In this document: one piece after another, positions 51,505 through 64,000 of the stretch
Position numbering within the stretch: the first letter of the stretch is position 1
Layout of the letters: each line of letters starts with the position of its first letter
Origin: Octopus sinensis
Lineage: Eukaryota
Length of the DNA: 64,000 nucleotides
Direction of reading: 5' to 3'
Assembly: GCF_006345805.1 (NCBI RefSeq)
Contig: NC_042997.1
Span: forward strand, 65,038,001 to 65,102,000
The notes under the pieces: model-generated
Database searches by the model: none
The model's input: the letters and a program-made list of their open reading frames with translations, nothing else
Told to the model about the DNA's origin: nothing
Program-made: the position numbers and the translations under genes

Positions 51505-52775
51505 TGTCCGGTTAATGATTATCACCATCACTTTCCGTATCACTGTCCGATCCTACTCTGTCAAGGAAATCACTTTCACTAAGTTTACTGTCACTATCTG
51601 GAATGATTAATCTATTTCAACGACTTTCAGTCTCTTCACTTTCCCCTTCCCTTTGAAGGCACTGGTACTATCGCACCCGGTGAATGCAGGATAACCCAGC
51701 AATGCAGAACAGAGAACAGGCGTGGAAGACATAACCAGCTTGGTCACATCGATACAGCGTCTTGTGTTTCCCTTTCCAGTTTCAAACAGAAATCTAGCAT
51801 GGTGACGTAAGATGAAAAATATGTCTGAATCGAGACTCCTCACGCGAATGGATTTGCATGCAAGTTCTTTGGCATACATGGAATACAGGATCACATGAAC
51901 TCCAGTTTCTTCTTGTGAAGATTCGAGAGAGTGTATTTCTTGACAGAATGTGTTAATTCCATCTGATGTCAACTGGCAGGCTTTTCTTTCACGTATCAGT
52001 ACCATCCCCTGTATAATGAGAATGTCGTCAGACACCTCACTCTGCCAAGTTGAGAGCAAAAGCTGAATGAACTGTCTTGTTCTCATCATTTACAAGAAAG
52101 AATTTCGAGTCCTTCGGACGCTTTGTTTTTTCACCACTCAGGATGAGTTTGTCTCCAACACCTCATCTGTTTCGTTCTACCCCTTTTACAGAGTCTACCT
52201 TGTACATGTCAGTGCTATATATGATAGGTGACAGGCGAAGAGCAGATACCAACACCTTACGAGATATTTCCCCGATTGTTTCTGGAATCTTACGCAAGCA
52301 ATGGGACACTGCATTTCCATCCTCTACGATAAATCTCTGTATTGGATCATATAACTCTGAATCATCACATTCTTTTACAACATGTTTGAAGCCTTTCGAT
52401 TTGCTTGATTTTGTTAAAAATTGGTCTGCCAATCCAATGCTGTATCAAATAGGCGTCAATAGTTTATCAAGGTCAAGTTTCCGATCAATCTGTGCTTGAG
52501 ACTTCAGTAGTAGGTGAAACCCTATATTACCCTGGTGCCTTCTTTTCAGAAGATGAGAATTTCACGGACTTGTGCATGTGTGCAATGGCTTTCAAAGTTG
52601 GGCGTTTAATAGGATTAAAGAAACCATCCTTCTTCACTAGTCTGTTTTCTATGAAGTCTTCCTTTGCTAGCCTACCAACAGTCTCAGCAGTGAGGACGTC
52701 CTTCGCAGCTTCTTCTCAAGCCGGAGCGCCATATGGTAGATTGAACAACTTTCCATCATCTGGGATGTTGAAAGA
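51505..52775 (-). pseudogene. Fragment of a large unclassified transposon-type ORF with PIN/FEN1-like and H3TH-like motifs
   Basis: FIVEDGNAV..STDMY..SVKGVER.., SSQEETGVHVILYSMYA..IRVRSLDSDIFFIL..GKGNTRRCID..AFTGCDSTSAFKGKGK, then an acidic tail SDSDTESDGDNH*. Stops and frameshifts. Confidence 0.65.
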
Positions 52776-52779
52776 GTTA

Positions 52780-53010
52780 TTTGGTGTGTGCGGTGTGTGT
52801 AGTGTGTTTCTGTGTGTGTGTGTAGTGTGTGCGCGTGCGTGTGTGGTGTGTGTGGTGTATATTTGTGTGGCGGGTATGTGTATGGTGAATGATTGTGTGT
52901 CTGGTGTGTATTTGTAAGTGTGGAGGGTGTGTATACGTGTGTTTCTGCTCCCTGTGTGTGCTTGTGTGGTGTGCATTTTTGTGTGTGATGTGTGTATGTA
53001 TGTTTCCTCT
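52780..53010. repeat. Degenerate GT-rich simple repeat truncating the PIN-like ORF
   Basis: Direct reading. Confidence 0.85.
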
Positions 53011-55977
53011 ATGCCTTGTAAAAAGCAATTGATTGATGTTGAGGTAAGATGGAACTTCTTCAGCGTACGACACTCACTAGTAGCGACTATCCAAACAGAT
53101 ATATGCTATGGAGGGTTATCACCTGAGTGGTGCACAGGTGTCATTCACCAGGAGTAGTTAAGTACCAACAAATAGTGGACGCAAGCCCATAAATAAATAC
53201 TACTACTACTACCACCACCTCTACTACGACTACTACAATTACTATTACTACTATCACCGTATGGAAAGAGAACGATATTCTTAAATGTTCTAAATTTTGT
53301 AGAATATATGTGAAACATTAAATTACCAATATATGACAGCAAAATTTAAGAAAATACCAAAAAAGAACTATGTAAATCACGATTATATATTTATATTCCA
53401 TAATAAGTAGGAAACGCAATTTACAATATTATATTCCTATCTGACGCTTACAACTCTTTGAAGCTAGCTGAAATTTAAGAAAATACAAGAAAAAATATAC
53501 GCCATTTTTTTTCTATTTCAACATTCTGATAGAAACTGTTGTGTAACAGCTCAGCAATATTCTTGAATTTCTTAAAGCTTTTAAGATAATTATTGAAAGA
53601 CTTTAGGATTAACATAGTACAGTATGTGATATAAAAAAAAAAAGTAAAATACTATTTTACACACGCTTTTTTTAAATATACATAGTGATTAGAGAATACT
53701 GTTTTATATTATTTTTTTATAATTAGTTCTAACAACTTATATGAAATTGGATCTTTCCCTTCTAACATTCATCATCTAACTTTTAGTGTACGTTTTTACA
53801 CAGATGTAAATTTTCATCCAATTATCTAACTTCGATATTTTGTTTTGAGAGATTAATAAAAAGGTTTTGAATCTTGTAAGAAATAGAATTTTGATATATT
53901 AACATATATATATACACAATGTGTAAATAGACTTGCGTCCTTGTGCGTGTAGGTATGTATCACTTAATGTGTTCATCGAGATGTGTGTATCTATATAGGT
54001 TATGCGCATGTATGCGTGTGTGTGTGTATGCGCGCGAGATAGATGCCTGTGAGCCTGTATATAGCTACCTCTTTAAATTTTTATTTTACATCTATATGAT
54101 GATTTATAACTCCTATTAATGCTTTCTAGTTTGGTTTCAATAAATTTTATATACTAATCGAACCGTCTGTTTAAAATAGATTATTTTATTACACCATTTT
54201 ATATGAATCCCATTTAAAAGAAACCAGATTTTATGTCCGAAATTTATTTATTATAGCTCTCTTTCAAATTTCTGGGCAACTATAAGCATATTTCTTTAAA
54301 CGCAATTCTCCGATATTAAATCCTCTGCTAATTTACCTCTCTTAATACAGATTTTGCATTTAGGCACAACGCCATTGCATAGACACCACATTCAATACCT
54401 GGTATTTTATTCTATCGATAACAAAACGATGAATAGTTAAGTTTACATCAGCGTCATTTAATCTTTGAGCTTGAAACGATAATTTATACTTGATCGCTAA
54501 CTCTTCCGCTACTACACTACTACACTGTTGTAAATGAATCTAATAGAGGTAAACTTAATGAGGACAGTAGACTGAGAAATAGAATACATCCAAATTGCTG
54601 ATTAGGAATTATAAGCATAAATAAAAGGGATGGCGTACCCTTTGGTTCTACTACACGGTAATCTATTGAGTGTGAATGAGCCATCTTCATTAACAAAATT
54701 ATAGCACTTTTTCGCTGGTGGTAATAATTATAATACACATATTGAACATGTTACTGATATTGCTCACAAGAATTCGATCTTTATGCATTTCGCACAATTT
54801 CCTAATAACGAAATATATTATCAGCAATGTATTAGCAAAGATGTGAACGGGTGTAACTGTATTGCTGCTGATATTTATCCCTTAAGCGAAAGATATCTAC
54901 GTAAAATATTGGACACAAATGAGATATAATGAATGTACCTATGATATGGAGTCAGTAGCAATTTCTCTAGCCTTATACGCTCAACCTCCTCTACAGAATG
55001 TATATTTGATCTAAAATCTCAGATCCAATAGTTTATTAATTATTTATCCAAACGCTACAGGGAGATAAGAACTGTTATTTAAGTACAGAAAACAAACTTG
55101 AGATTTTAAGGGCATATCGAAATTTATTAAATTAAAATAATGATACTGCATTTCAATGTAGACATTAAAATGAATTTTAATTGTTACACAATATGAAATA
55201 TTACATGTCATCATAAAGAATACGACCGAATATTATACATTCCATATAAATCATATTAATTGTAATAGAAATGATTTAGAAATAGACATATGCATATGTA
55301 AATGATTTTGTAAAAAATAGAGGTGAGATATAAATAACATCTAGGATTCGATATAAAAACGTTAAAAGCGTACAAGTAGAAACGCCCTATTGACACGTTA
55401 CATGTTTTATATTATCTTCTATTAAATCGGGTCAATATTGCGATAGCTATATTTATTGGCACAGACATAACTGACACTATCTAAAATCATCCTGCAACTA
55501 ATACAGTGAAGACTATCATTTTAATTTCAAAATTTACATCTAAGAATATTCAACTGTGTCCACTCGTTATTGCTATATTCACGTTACCTATAATGCAAAC
55601 CACAGGTTAGTCACTTCTTTTAAGTTTATGAAACAGTTATTCACTTTTTTTCGAAATTATCTGTCAGATCATGTTAAAAGTTAACTGGTACTAAATAATT
55701 CTATGTTTTTTCTCGTTTTCCTTCTAAATATTTAATCTGAAATGTGATATTCTCTGCTTTGTTGTATCATGCGGTATTATTTAGAACATAAGTAGTATCG
55801 TGTTAGTTTATCAATATTTAAAATGGCTTCGTCATTCCTATGTGATTTGCATCATTGCTAATAGCATATAGGGTTTGGTTATTTATGCCTTTTAGATATG
55901 AGCTATTCTATATATGTTACACAAATAATACTATTTATCAACCAATTTAAAGTCGTAACCCATGACGAAAATATAAT

Positions 55978-56545
55978 CGCGAGTACAGTGAAGAATTTTG
56001 TGTACTGGTATGGGTTCCTCAAGGCTCAGGCCTTAGTCCCCGACATTTCAACATTGTCCTCCAGGCCATAACAAAGAAATTGAAGACCGGAAGACCCTGA
56101 GAACTACTATATGCTGATGTTCTTGCCCTTATAGCGGATTATATATCAGTACCAGACGAAAAATTCCAGATACGGAAACAAAGCCTGAAATCCAAGGGTC
56201 TATGCAAAGACTAATGATCTAGAAAATAAGAAAACTGACAGGACACTACCACTCTCAGGTAGGTGCACTGTTCGATTTTTAGAAAATGTGTAGGCAGGAA
56301 CTCCATGCGCTGTACCCAGCCCAAGTTATGGACACACAAGATGTGCAGTGGGTTAAATGGAAGGTTATCACAGAAGAGAGTTTTCATACGTGTAAGATGC
56401 ACAAGATCATTAAAAGCTTTAGAAACTCGGCAAATTGAATCATTCAAATGCCTTAGGGGCTCATTAGAGGTCGTAAATAATTTTTACTACAAAGGGGATC
56501 TACAAGCGAAGGTTAGAAAAGATTGAGGGTAGTATGCTTCACAAG
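55978..56545 (+). pseudogene. Decayed RTE-type LINE RT fragment with Cys-rich insertion
   Basis: EEF..VPQGSGLSP..FNIVLQAI..P*ELLYADVLALIA..KSKGL; CSIFRKCVGRNSMRCTQPKLWTHKMCSG..LEVVNNFYYKGD. Confidence 0.8.
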
Positions 56546-56622
56546 ATATTTAATGTACGTGTATATGTTCGACAGAGTTTCAGTTTTCTGAGAGAGAATT
56601 TAGGCATAAGATGAATTTGAGG

Positions 56623-56761
56623 AATTATGCACATTATTTAGGTTATTTACATTTGAAGGATATTTGTCCTAATCTTGTTTGTTGTTAACACAACTTTTCT
56701 GCTGATATCCCTCCAGCATTCATCAGGTGTCTTGGGGAAATTTCGAACCTGGGTTCTCATT

Positions 56762-56763
<2 letters not shown>
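56623..56763 (-). mobile_element. Solo pLTR-like unit, hammerhead family H1
   Basis: Reverse reads GGAATGAGAACCCAGGTTCGAAATTTCCCCAAGACAC-CTGATGA-A-TGCTG..CAGCA-GAAA-AGTT-GTGTT, with its 5' end abutting (TA)n. Confidence 0.8.
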
Positions 56764-56817
<54 letters not shown>

Positions 56818-56856
56818 TGCATATATACATATAAAGAGATAGATAGAGAGATACAG

Positions 56857-57125
<269 letters not shown>

Positions 57126-57604
57126 GATGGATATCTTTGTTGTACATTTATGTGTACATTTATATCATGTTTAGTGTAAGTGAATATGTACATGCACAAT
57201 TATGATGGCGTCGATATTTATCAGTAGCATTGAGTGGATATTACTGTACTTTCCGGATATTCCGTTATTCAGAGTCTGGCATTGTAGTTATGACTTTCAT
57301 AATGTTTTGCATATGTGAATTTTAATAGACGAGGACAAGATGTTGACGGCTATTTATAAATTCATTCTTGCATTGAGTAACTCAGGACCAATATTTTTAG
57401 ATATCCTTTGTAAGTTGTTCTTTCGTAATTTTTTATTTTATATGATTTAACTTAATACCCTTTGTTTTTCATATCTTCCAGCTATTACTCTTGTTTATAT
57501 ATTTACCGTCTCTCCGTTCGCTTTATCTTCTTAGCGTATTCTCCAAAATATCAGAAATTTTGAGTCTGAAACCATGTCTCAATGTTTCTTGAAGCTTTGC
57601 GTCT

Positions 57605-57643
<39 letters not shown>

Positions 57644-57667
57644 CTCTCTCTCTCGCTCTCCCTCTTG

Positions 57668-57700
<33 letters not shown>

Positions 57701-58494
57701 GGTAGATAGATACATACATACATACATACATATAGATATGGATATATAATATATATTGATAGATAGATAGATAGAGTGTATGTGTGTGCGTGCGTGTGTG
57801 TGTGTGTCTGCGCGCGTATGTGTGTGCAGATATAATTTTACTCAAGAAGTCTTTCATCAGTTTCAAGAATTATAATTATCACACACACATAAACACATAT
57901 ATTGATGGATAGGTAGATAGATATGTTTGTAAATATTAGGTCTAATCAATAAGTATCCGGACTGTTGCTATAGTAACGAAGGTAAAGCATGCAGAGTGAA
58001 GCTGTTTGGCACAGATTGAAATTGACTCCACCCTTATTTCCTTTCTCTCTGCCCCTTTAGATAGAAGTGAAGCAGAGAATGAAGGGAGTAGAAAAGAAAT
58101 GTAAGTAGAGGGACAGAATCTTAGAAGTTGAGAACGACAGAAAGAAAAGATTTAGAGAGAAAGAGTCACAAGTCAAGTTTATTTTAGAGTCTATATATGA
58201 TAGAGTAGTAATGTTACTTGCATATATTCGTTCGTTTTCTTTGTGGATAATCATAATATATCTGGATATTCTTGGTAGCTATAATTCATTAAGATATATT
58301 TGGTGGTATCCAGAGAGATTTATAAGTACATGAAGAGATTTATAAGTACATACAATATGTCGAAAAACTAGTTCTTTATTTTATGTACGACAGAGTAATG
58401 TATGAGAAAAGAAAATTGAATAATCAGTAACTTAATAGCAGGAGCAGCAATGACGGCAAGAACAAAATAACAAAAACAACAATAACAGTGGTAG

Positions 58495-59010
58495 TTGTAA
58501 AAAGAATTCTGCAAAAATGTGTCAAAGCAACTTGGAGAACAGGAAAACTTGTTTAGAGCAACAATATTACACTAGAGAAAACAAATCAAATAAGAGAATT
58601 AGACCAGACCCAAACATACAAATAGGGAGGTGTGAGTGAACTAGTTACGGTACAGTACAAACAAGGTACAGGAAAGATAAGGAATAATATAGACGAGTTA
58701 GATTATTTCTCGAAACAGAGATAAGTACGAAAAACAAGATATATATATATCAATACTCAAGATGTCCCAGTTATAGGTTCCAGTTACAATATTCTTAATT
58801 GGATTCTTAATGAACTAACCAAAGTAGGCGGGGAAACAAGAAGAGTAATTAGGGAATTTAGTACACCACTCAAAATCTTTCAGAGAAAGGTTATATAAAC
58901 AACGAACTGAAGGTAGCATAGGCCTTAAACAATTAGAAAGCTATTATAAAAGAACCAGCAAAGGATTATAGAAACATTTCATTCAGAATACTGGTACAGT
59001 CATAAAACAT
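58495..59010 (+). pseudogene. Old decayed copy related to the Dong-like LINE at 3599-5580
   Basis: CVKATWRTGKLV*SNNITLEKTNQIRELDQTQTYK..KNKI..VPVIGSSYNILNW..ELTKV aligns by eye to ORFs 4964-5551 and 3964-4995. Confidence 0.75.
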
Positions 59011-59604
59011 GAGCAAAGCAAAATCCCTCCTTCCCACTCAATCTGGGCCTTCGTCACTCTTCACAATCTGTAGTCGAAGTAATCAGTTCCCTACTTATGT
59101 ATCGGTACTTATTCTATCGGTCTTTCTTTTGGGGTATGTTATCTATAAAATATGGTTTATAATCTATTCTAAACTTGTATTTGATTGGTACGCACATTAC
59201 TAACCTCAAAATTAGGACTTTGCCCTCGGTGGAATGTGATATCAGAAAGTAAAGGAACATAACTTCACACTGGATTTATTTTATAAAGTGCCTTGCTAAT
59301 TTTGTTGTCTCGCTCACCAGGAGATCAATATAGCATTGGCTTCTAAAAGATCACATATATTGGCAGATGTATAATCGAATATATTATCCCCACTGCTTTG
59401 TATGTAGTGCAAGATGTATTTAACAATGTGTCGAAGCCGATCTATGCCTTGTAAGTGGATTTGAGTAGGCAAAAACTGCTTAGAGTCATGCTGGATCGGA
59501 TTGTAAGTTTAACTCAAAGGTCGAACCTTATCACACTATGCCACACTACTTCTGTCCCAGAATTGCTTTAACGACACATACTTCTGTAATATAATTTAGC
59601 CTTT

Positions 59605-59800
59605 AAGGCGGTGAGCTGCCAGAATCTTTAGCACGGTTGGTAAAAAGCTTAGCTATATTTCGACCGCCTTTAAGTTCTGAGCTCAAATTCCACCGTGGCG
59701 CCGACATTGCCTCAAATCGTTTCGGGGTTGAATACTAGGGTTGATTTACTCTCTCCCTCTCGAAATTGCTGATATTGTGTGAAAATTTGAAACCAATATA
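59605..59800 (+). mobile_element. SINE family B (diverged)
   Basis: AAGGCGGTGAGCTGCCAGAATC..GAGCTCAAATTCCACCG..CGAAATTGCTG..AAAATTTGAAACCAATA. Confidence 0.75.
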
Positions 59801-61520
59801 TTCAACCATTTGCATGCGAATTAAATAAACTTTGTAATACACTTGTATATCAGAATTTGCTATGTGCACGTATATGTATATACATATGTGTGCATATACA
59901 TACTCTGTACAGCACATGTCCAATATAGCCCTTAAAACGTAAACAAATAGGAACGTTTTTCATTCCTGAAATTTAAATATATCTATGTCAGTACGAGTTT
60001 AATTTTACTTCCTAAATTATTACCTGTTTTTCTTCCTCAGTAAGCACCCTTCATGTTTTGGGGACTATATTGTCAACTCGAAAATCTATACTGCTTCCTC
60101 AATACATACGTGCATACAGAAGGATGTTTTATGCTGGCCAAAACAAATTTTCCCTTTACTTATCGTTTAAAATAATTCGACTGATAAAAAGTATACAACT
60201 TAAATCATAAACTCCAATCTTTACGTTAAGTTCACTTACACCGTTGTCAGCAATGCGACAAAAGAATCGGTTAATTCATCATACAACTAATTATAAATTA
60301 AAAGTATATGATAAACAAAAGCAACATAGTAATCATAGGATATGAAATAGTATATCTAATTGTTAATGTAATTAATATAGTTGAATATAATTATAACATA
60401 ATTCATTTTAATAATTAAAGTAATAGACTTAAATGCGATTTTATGACTAACTGTTTTAGTTATAGAACAGACAAAAAGCAAAAACCATACCTTACACCAA
60501 TCTCAATATAAAATATAAATATAAAACATTCCTTTATATAAATTCACTACATATTTCTAAAATTCCAATAACCAACTCTAAATTAACACATAACTCCGCC
60601 ACACTCACAACTATATACTATTCGCTAAGAGGTCAGTTTATTACTTATTTAATTATTGATTATAAACAAGTGTGCACCCCAAAATGCATTATCGATTTCA
60701 GCGAAAATATTACCAATAACCCCAATTACAGACATACACGTTTACCATACTTAGCATTTGTTGAGTTCCTCTGCATAACTCTTATTCAACTTCGTTGTTT
60801 ACTACGCCCAACTAAAGATTCTCAATTGCCAGCAACATACTTGCCCAATTAATTAGATTTCCATTACAACTAAAACTTATCAATGATATAATACCCTTTT
60901 CCGTTGGAAAATATGAATGTCAGTGAAACTTTCATATCATTGTCAGCATTACAATTTTTTGCCTGCATTATTTGCTGCCTGAAATCAAGAAGAGAAAGAA
61001 CAGCTTTTTTATAGATGAAGAGTTCGTCCAAAACATGTGCAATACGACAGAGCTGTATCAGTTAATAAATATTAAAGTCTACTTCCTTTGAAAGAAACTA
61101 ACATAGACATTTCAGCAGTAACCAGTACTTTTTGATGATAAGCATAATATACGCTGGAGTAATTTTTTTAAATGTTTCTGTTTTCATATTTTTTAAAGAG
61201 AATGTTATAATGAAATGGTGTTTAGGCCAATAATTTTGTATTACTGAAAGTGTAACAAAAATCACTCGTTAACTTGAACATATTGAGTATTATATCAAGA
61301 ATGATATAAAACTATAAGAACAAGAATATTATTCACCGGAATTTTGAGATATGGAATGAGAGGATACAATGCAAAACTACAAATATTTTGTAATTTCTGA
61401 CAAGTCAACATCATGAAATACATATCTAGAAATGAATACACCAACACAAACATAGGTTACAATTTACCATTACGGTTCGGATTTAAATATAATATCGATT
61501 ATTGTTGGATAATTATAACA

Positions 61521-64000
61521 TAGGGTGGAGGGAGAATAAAATATTGGAAAAATTGAAAATGCCTGAGGTCTAAAATGTTGCTATATTTAATTACTAGAAA
61601 AATGCTAAATTTTTGCTAAGATCAGTCAGGGACATTTACTCCCTCAATCCCCCTAAACTCCGAAAATGGTGGATGCTTGTAAATTTGTTTACAATATCGC
61701 TAAAACTGTAGAATTTATGTCAATACACACTGTATTCAGGATTGCGAAATGCATGAAAATCCGTTTATTTGTTCAGAATTCGTGTACTTCTTTACTAATG
61801 AATGTGTGAGGTTTTAAATTTAAAACTGCTTTTTAGTATCATATTTTTTAATGATGCACGAGATTTTATTCAGGCACGAATAAAGCCGTTCCTATTTGCC
61901 TCTCCACAATCTGCAAGTGAAGCTTCACAAACTAATCTTACTGCTCTTTCAACACTTTGAGAGTGGCAAGGAATCTTTTAAAACTCTATTTTAGGAATAC
62001 TTTGATCTTCCAGAAGGTAATGTAGAGTTTCATTTTCGACGAGTCTTAGTAAATGCGGGCCATATTTTTGGCATTTTCCCACTATGAGCTCAGTGTACTC
62101 TCTGGCCGAAAAGTTTATTTCCGGGATTCAAAATTTTGCTGATGGGGCGTTCACATGTTATTTTGAATGTCGAAACGAAATGATCCATGTTATTGCGAGT
62201 CCACGGATGTGATATCGATCATCACAGAACATGCCCAGAAGAATGCTCTTTGGGTGGGCGCAGAAGCCATTTATTTGGATCACATTAACAATAATCCTTT
62301 GATATTGATTTGGAAGATATCTTGGAAACTTAATCATTTGAAATAAATGCAGTGATCCAAAGTTGCATGATGGTGTGTCTTTAATTTGAAACTAAACTGG
62401 AGTGTACATTCGCATCACAAATGTTGCTAAAGTTGGACAAATTTTAGGAACATATAATCAAAGGATTCTAAAAGCGGTTGTTAGTCATCTGGAATGAGGA
62501 CCTGGTCCAGGTTTTCGGCGAACCAGGTCGTTATTTATTATACCAGAGCTTACTCCCTCAAAAAGCATAAGTGATAGCTTTTGGTCATTGCTCAATTCTA
62601 AGGTATTGATTTGTGACAAAAACTGACATTTAATAAGAACAAATTTGACAACTGGACGGTTTTCAAACTCTTTTATTCCCTTTCAGTCTTTCCAGAATAG
62701 CTCGATGGTCCTGATGTTGACCCGTCAATGAATATGAATAAATGTCTCAACAATAATTCATTTGTGTGAAGGAGACAGATTAACTATTAGAGTGGATTCT
62801 CAGTATTTTCTTCAAGCGATCGAATGGCACCATTATGGATTCCAACATTTACATTCTTCCCATCACAGCCAACCACAGTTAAATCATCCAAAGCAGCATC
62901 GTTTTCAGCAAAGAATAATAGTGTCGTTGATGCAATGATAGCTGATGACCGACCAGAACCAGGAGTAATATAACCGACATAGAAACAATTGGGTTCTTCA
63001 ATCAAAACAATGTTCTCCAGAACCGGTCTGAAGATAGAATCTGGTTTCTTTTTTTTACTTGAATCCTTGTTTGGCTTTTTTCTTCCATCAAAGTAGAGTA
63101 CTTCTAAGTTTTGAACATCACACTCGCTTGCAAGAATACTTTTGTATTTGGTTCTTTCTCTTCTTTCGTCTTATTTTAGAACATTCTGCTACATGATCAT
63201 GATCTACTTTAGTTACTATGTTTAAATTTGTGGGTAGGGAAGAAGCATCAGATGCAGCAGGTCGGTCTTACAGACCATATCTATCACATTCTAGTGCAGT
63301 TGTTAGTAAATTAATTCTCATTTGTTTACTTAGTTTTCTTTCATTTCTTTCTTCACAGTTGACATCCTTTTTCGAGAAACATTGCCCCTTTTCGTGCGCA
63401 GAACTATGCATTTCATTTTCTTGCTTATGCATTTTTTCTAATCGCTTTTCCTTCGCAATACTTCGTCAAGCACGCCAGTCTACTCCATCAGCAAAGATAT
63501 TCCTCTAAGTCCTTTGACCAACAAAAAGTCATCTCTCTTCAACAGGCAATTTCTTACCTCTGCTACAAACACAATCACTAAATATTTCGCATTTGCAGCA
63601 GGCTTTATTCAATAAGTTTCCACAAGGTAGTCTAAATTCGGAAACTGTTTTAACGTAACAATCATTGCTAAGTCGACCTAGATTTTTCTTCAGATTGCAA
63701 TATTTCTCATACCATGATTTAATTATTGCATTTATACGTTGAAAAGATCGGCCAGGAATGGGTGCTCTTTTCCATATCTCAAAAAGATTGGTTGCTTGTC
63801 TTGAGGATATAATTTCAAGTACACCTCGATTTATAAGTTTCTCATAAGATTTTATATACATGGGATTACTTAAAACATCGCTCACTGTCTAAAATAGGAC
63901 ACTCGTAAGATCTTGTCGTTATGTCAGTAGCCATTACATTATGTTAGTAGCCATTACAGGAACACGATAACACTTTTCCGTATAACTAAGAAAAGGAAAC
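61521..64000 (-). mobile_element. hAT-superfamily (hATm-like) DNA transposon fossil, continuing beyond the window
   Basis: Transposase pieces LYFDGRK, EEPNCFYVG, VGCDGKNVNVG, LICLLHTNELLLRHLF..DGSTSGP (CxxH), HSR*LTTAFRIL, with many stops. Candidate terminus TAGGGTG at 61521 (recalled hATm end motif). Confidence 0.7.

Overview
AT-rich eukaryotic (metazoan) DNA, read by eye with no searches run. The repeat content (two very abundant tRNA-derived SINE families, dense (TA)n/(CA)n/(TAA)n/(GATA)n microsatellites, RTE and R4/Dong LINEs) looks like an octopus/coleoid cephalopod genome; that assignment is inference. I found no convincing host protein-coding exon, and most listed ORFs are microsatellite translations. 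The window is a mobile-element graveyard: REL-endonuclease (R4/Dong-type) LINE fragments inserted strand-specifically into (TAA)n tracts, RTE LINE fragments, Tc1 and mariner fossils, a MITE, a HINE-like element, a hAT (hATm-like) transposon running off the right edge, a PIN/H3TH-like unclassified transposon ORF, and a possible Polinton ATPase remnant. The most notable signal is a set of minimal type I hammerhead-ribozyme motifs (CUGANGA...GAAA, very short and mostly palindromic stem III, GUH site) in four unrelated sequence families. Three of these families sit in fold-back (inverted) elements and one lies between 83-bp direct repeats. This matches Penelope-like pseudo-LTR/retrozyme-type non-autonomous elements. 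The best example is a near-perfect 481-bp palindrome (28011-28491) with a fully canonical hammerhead on each strand.
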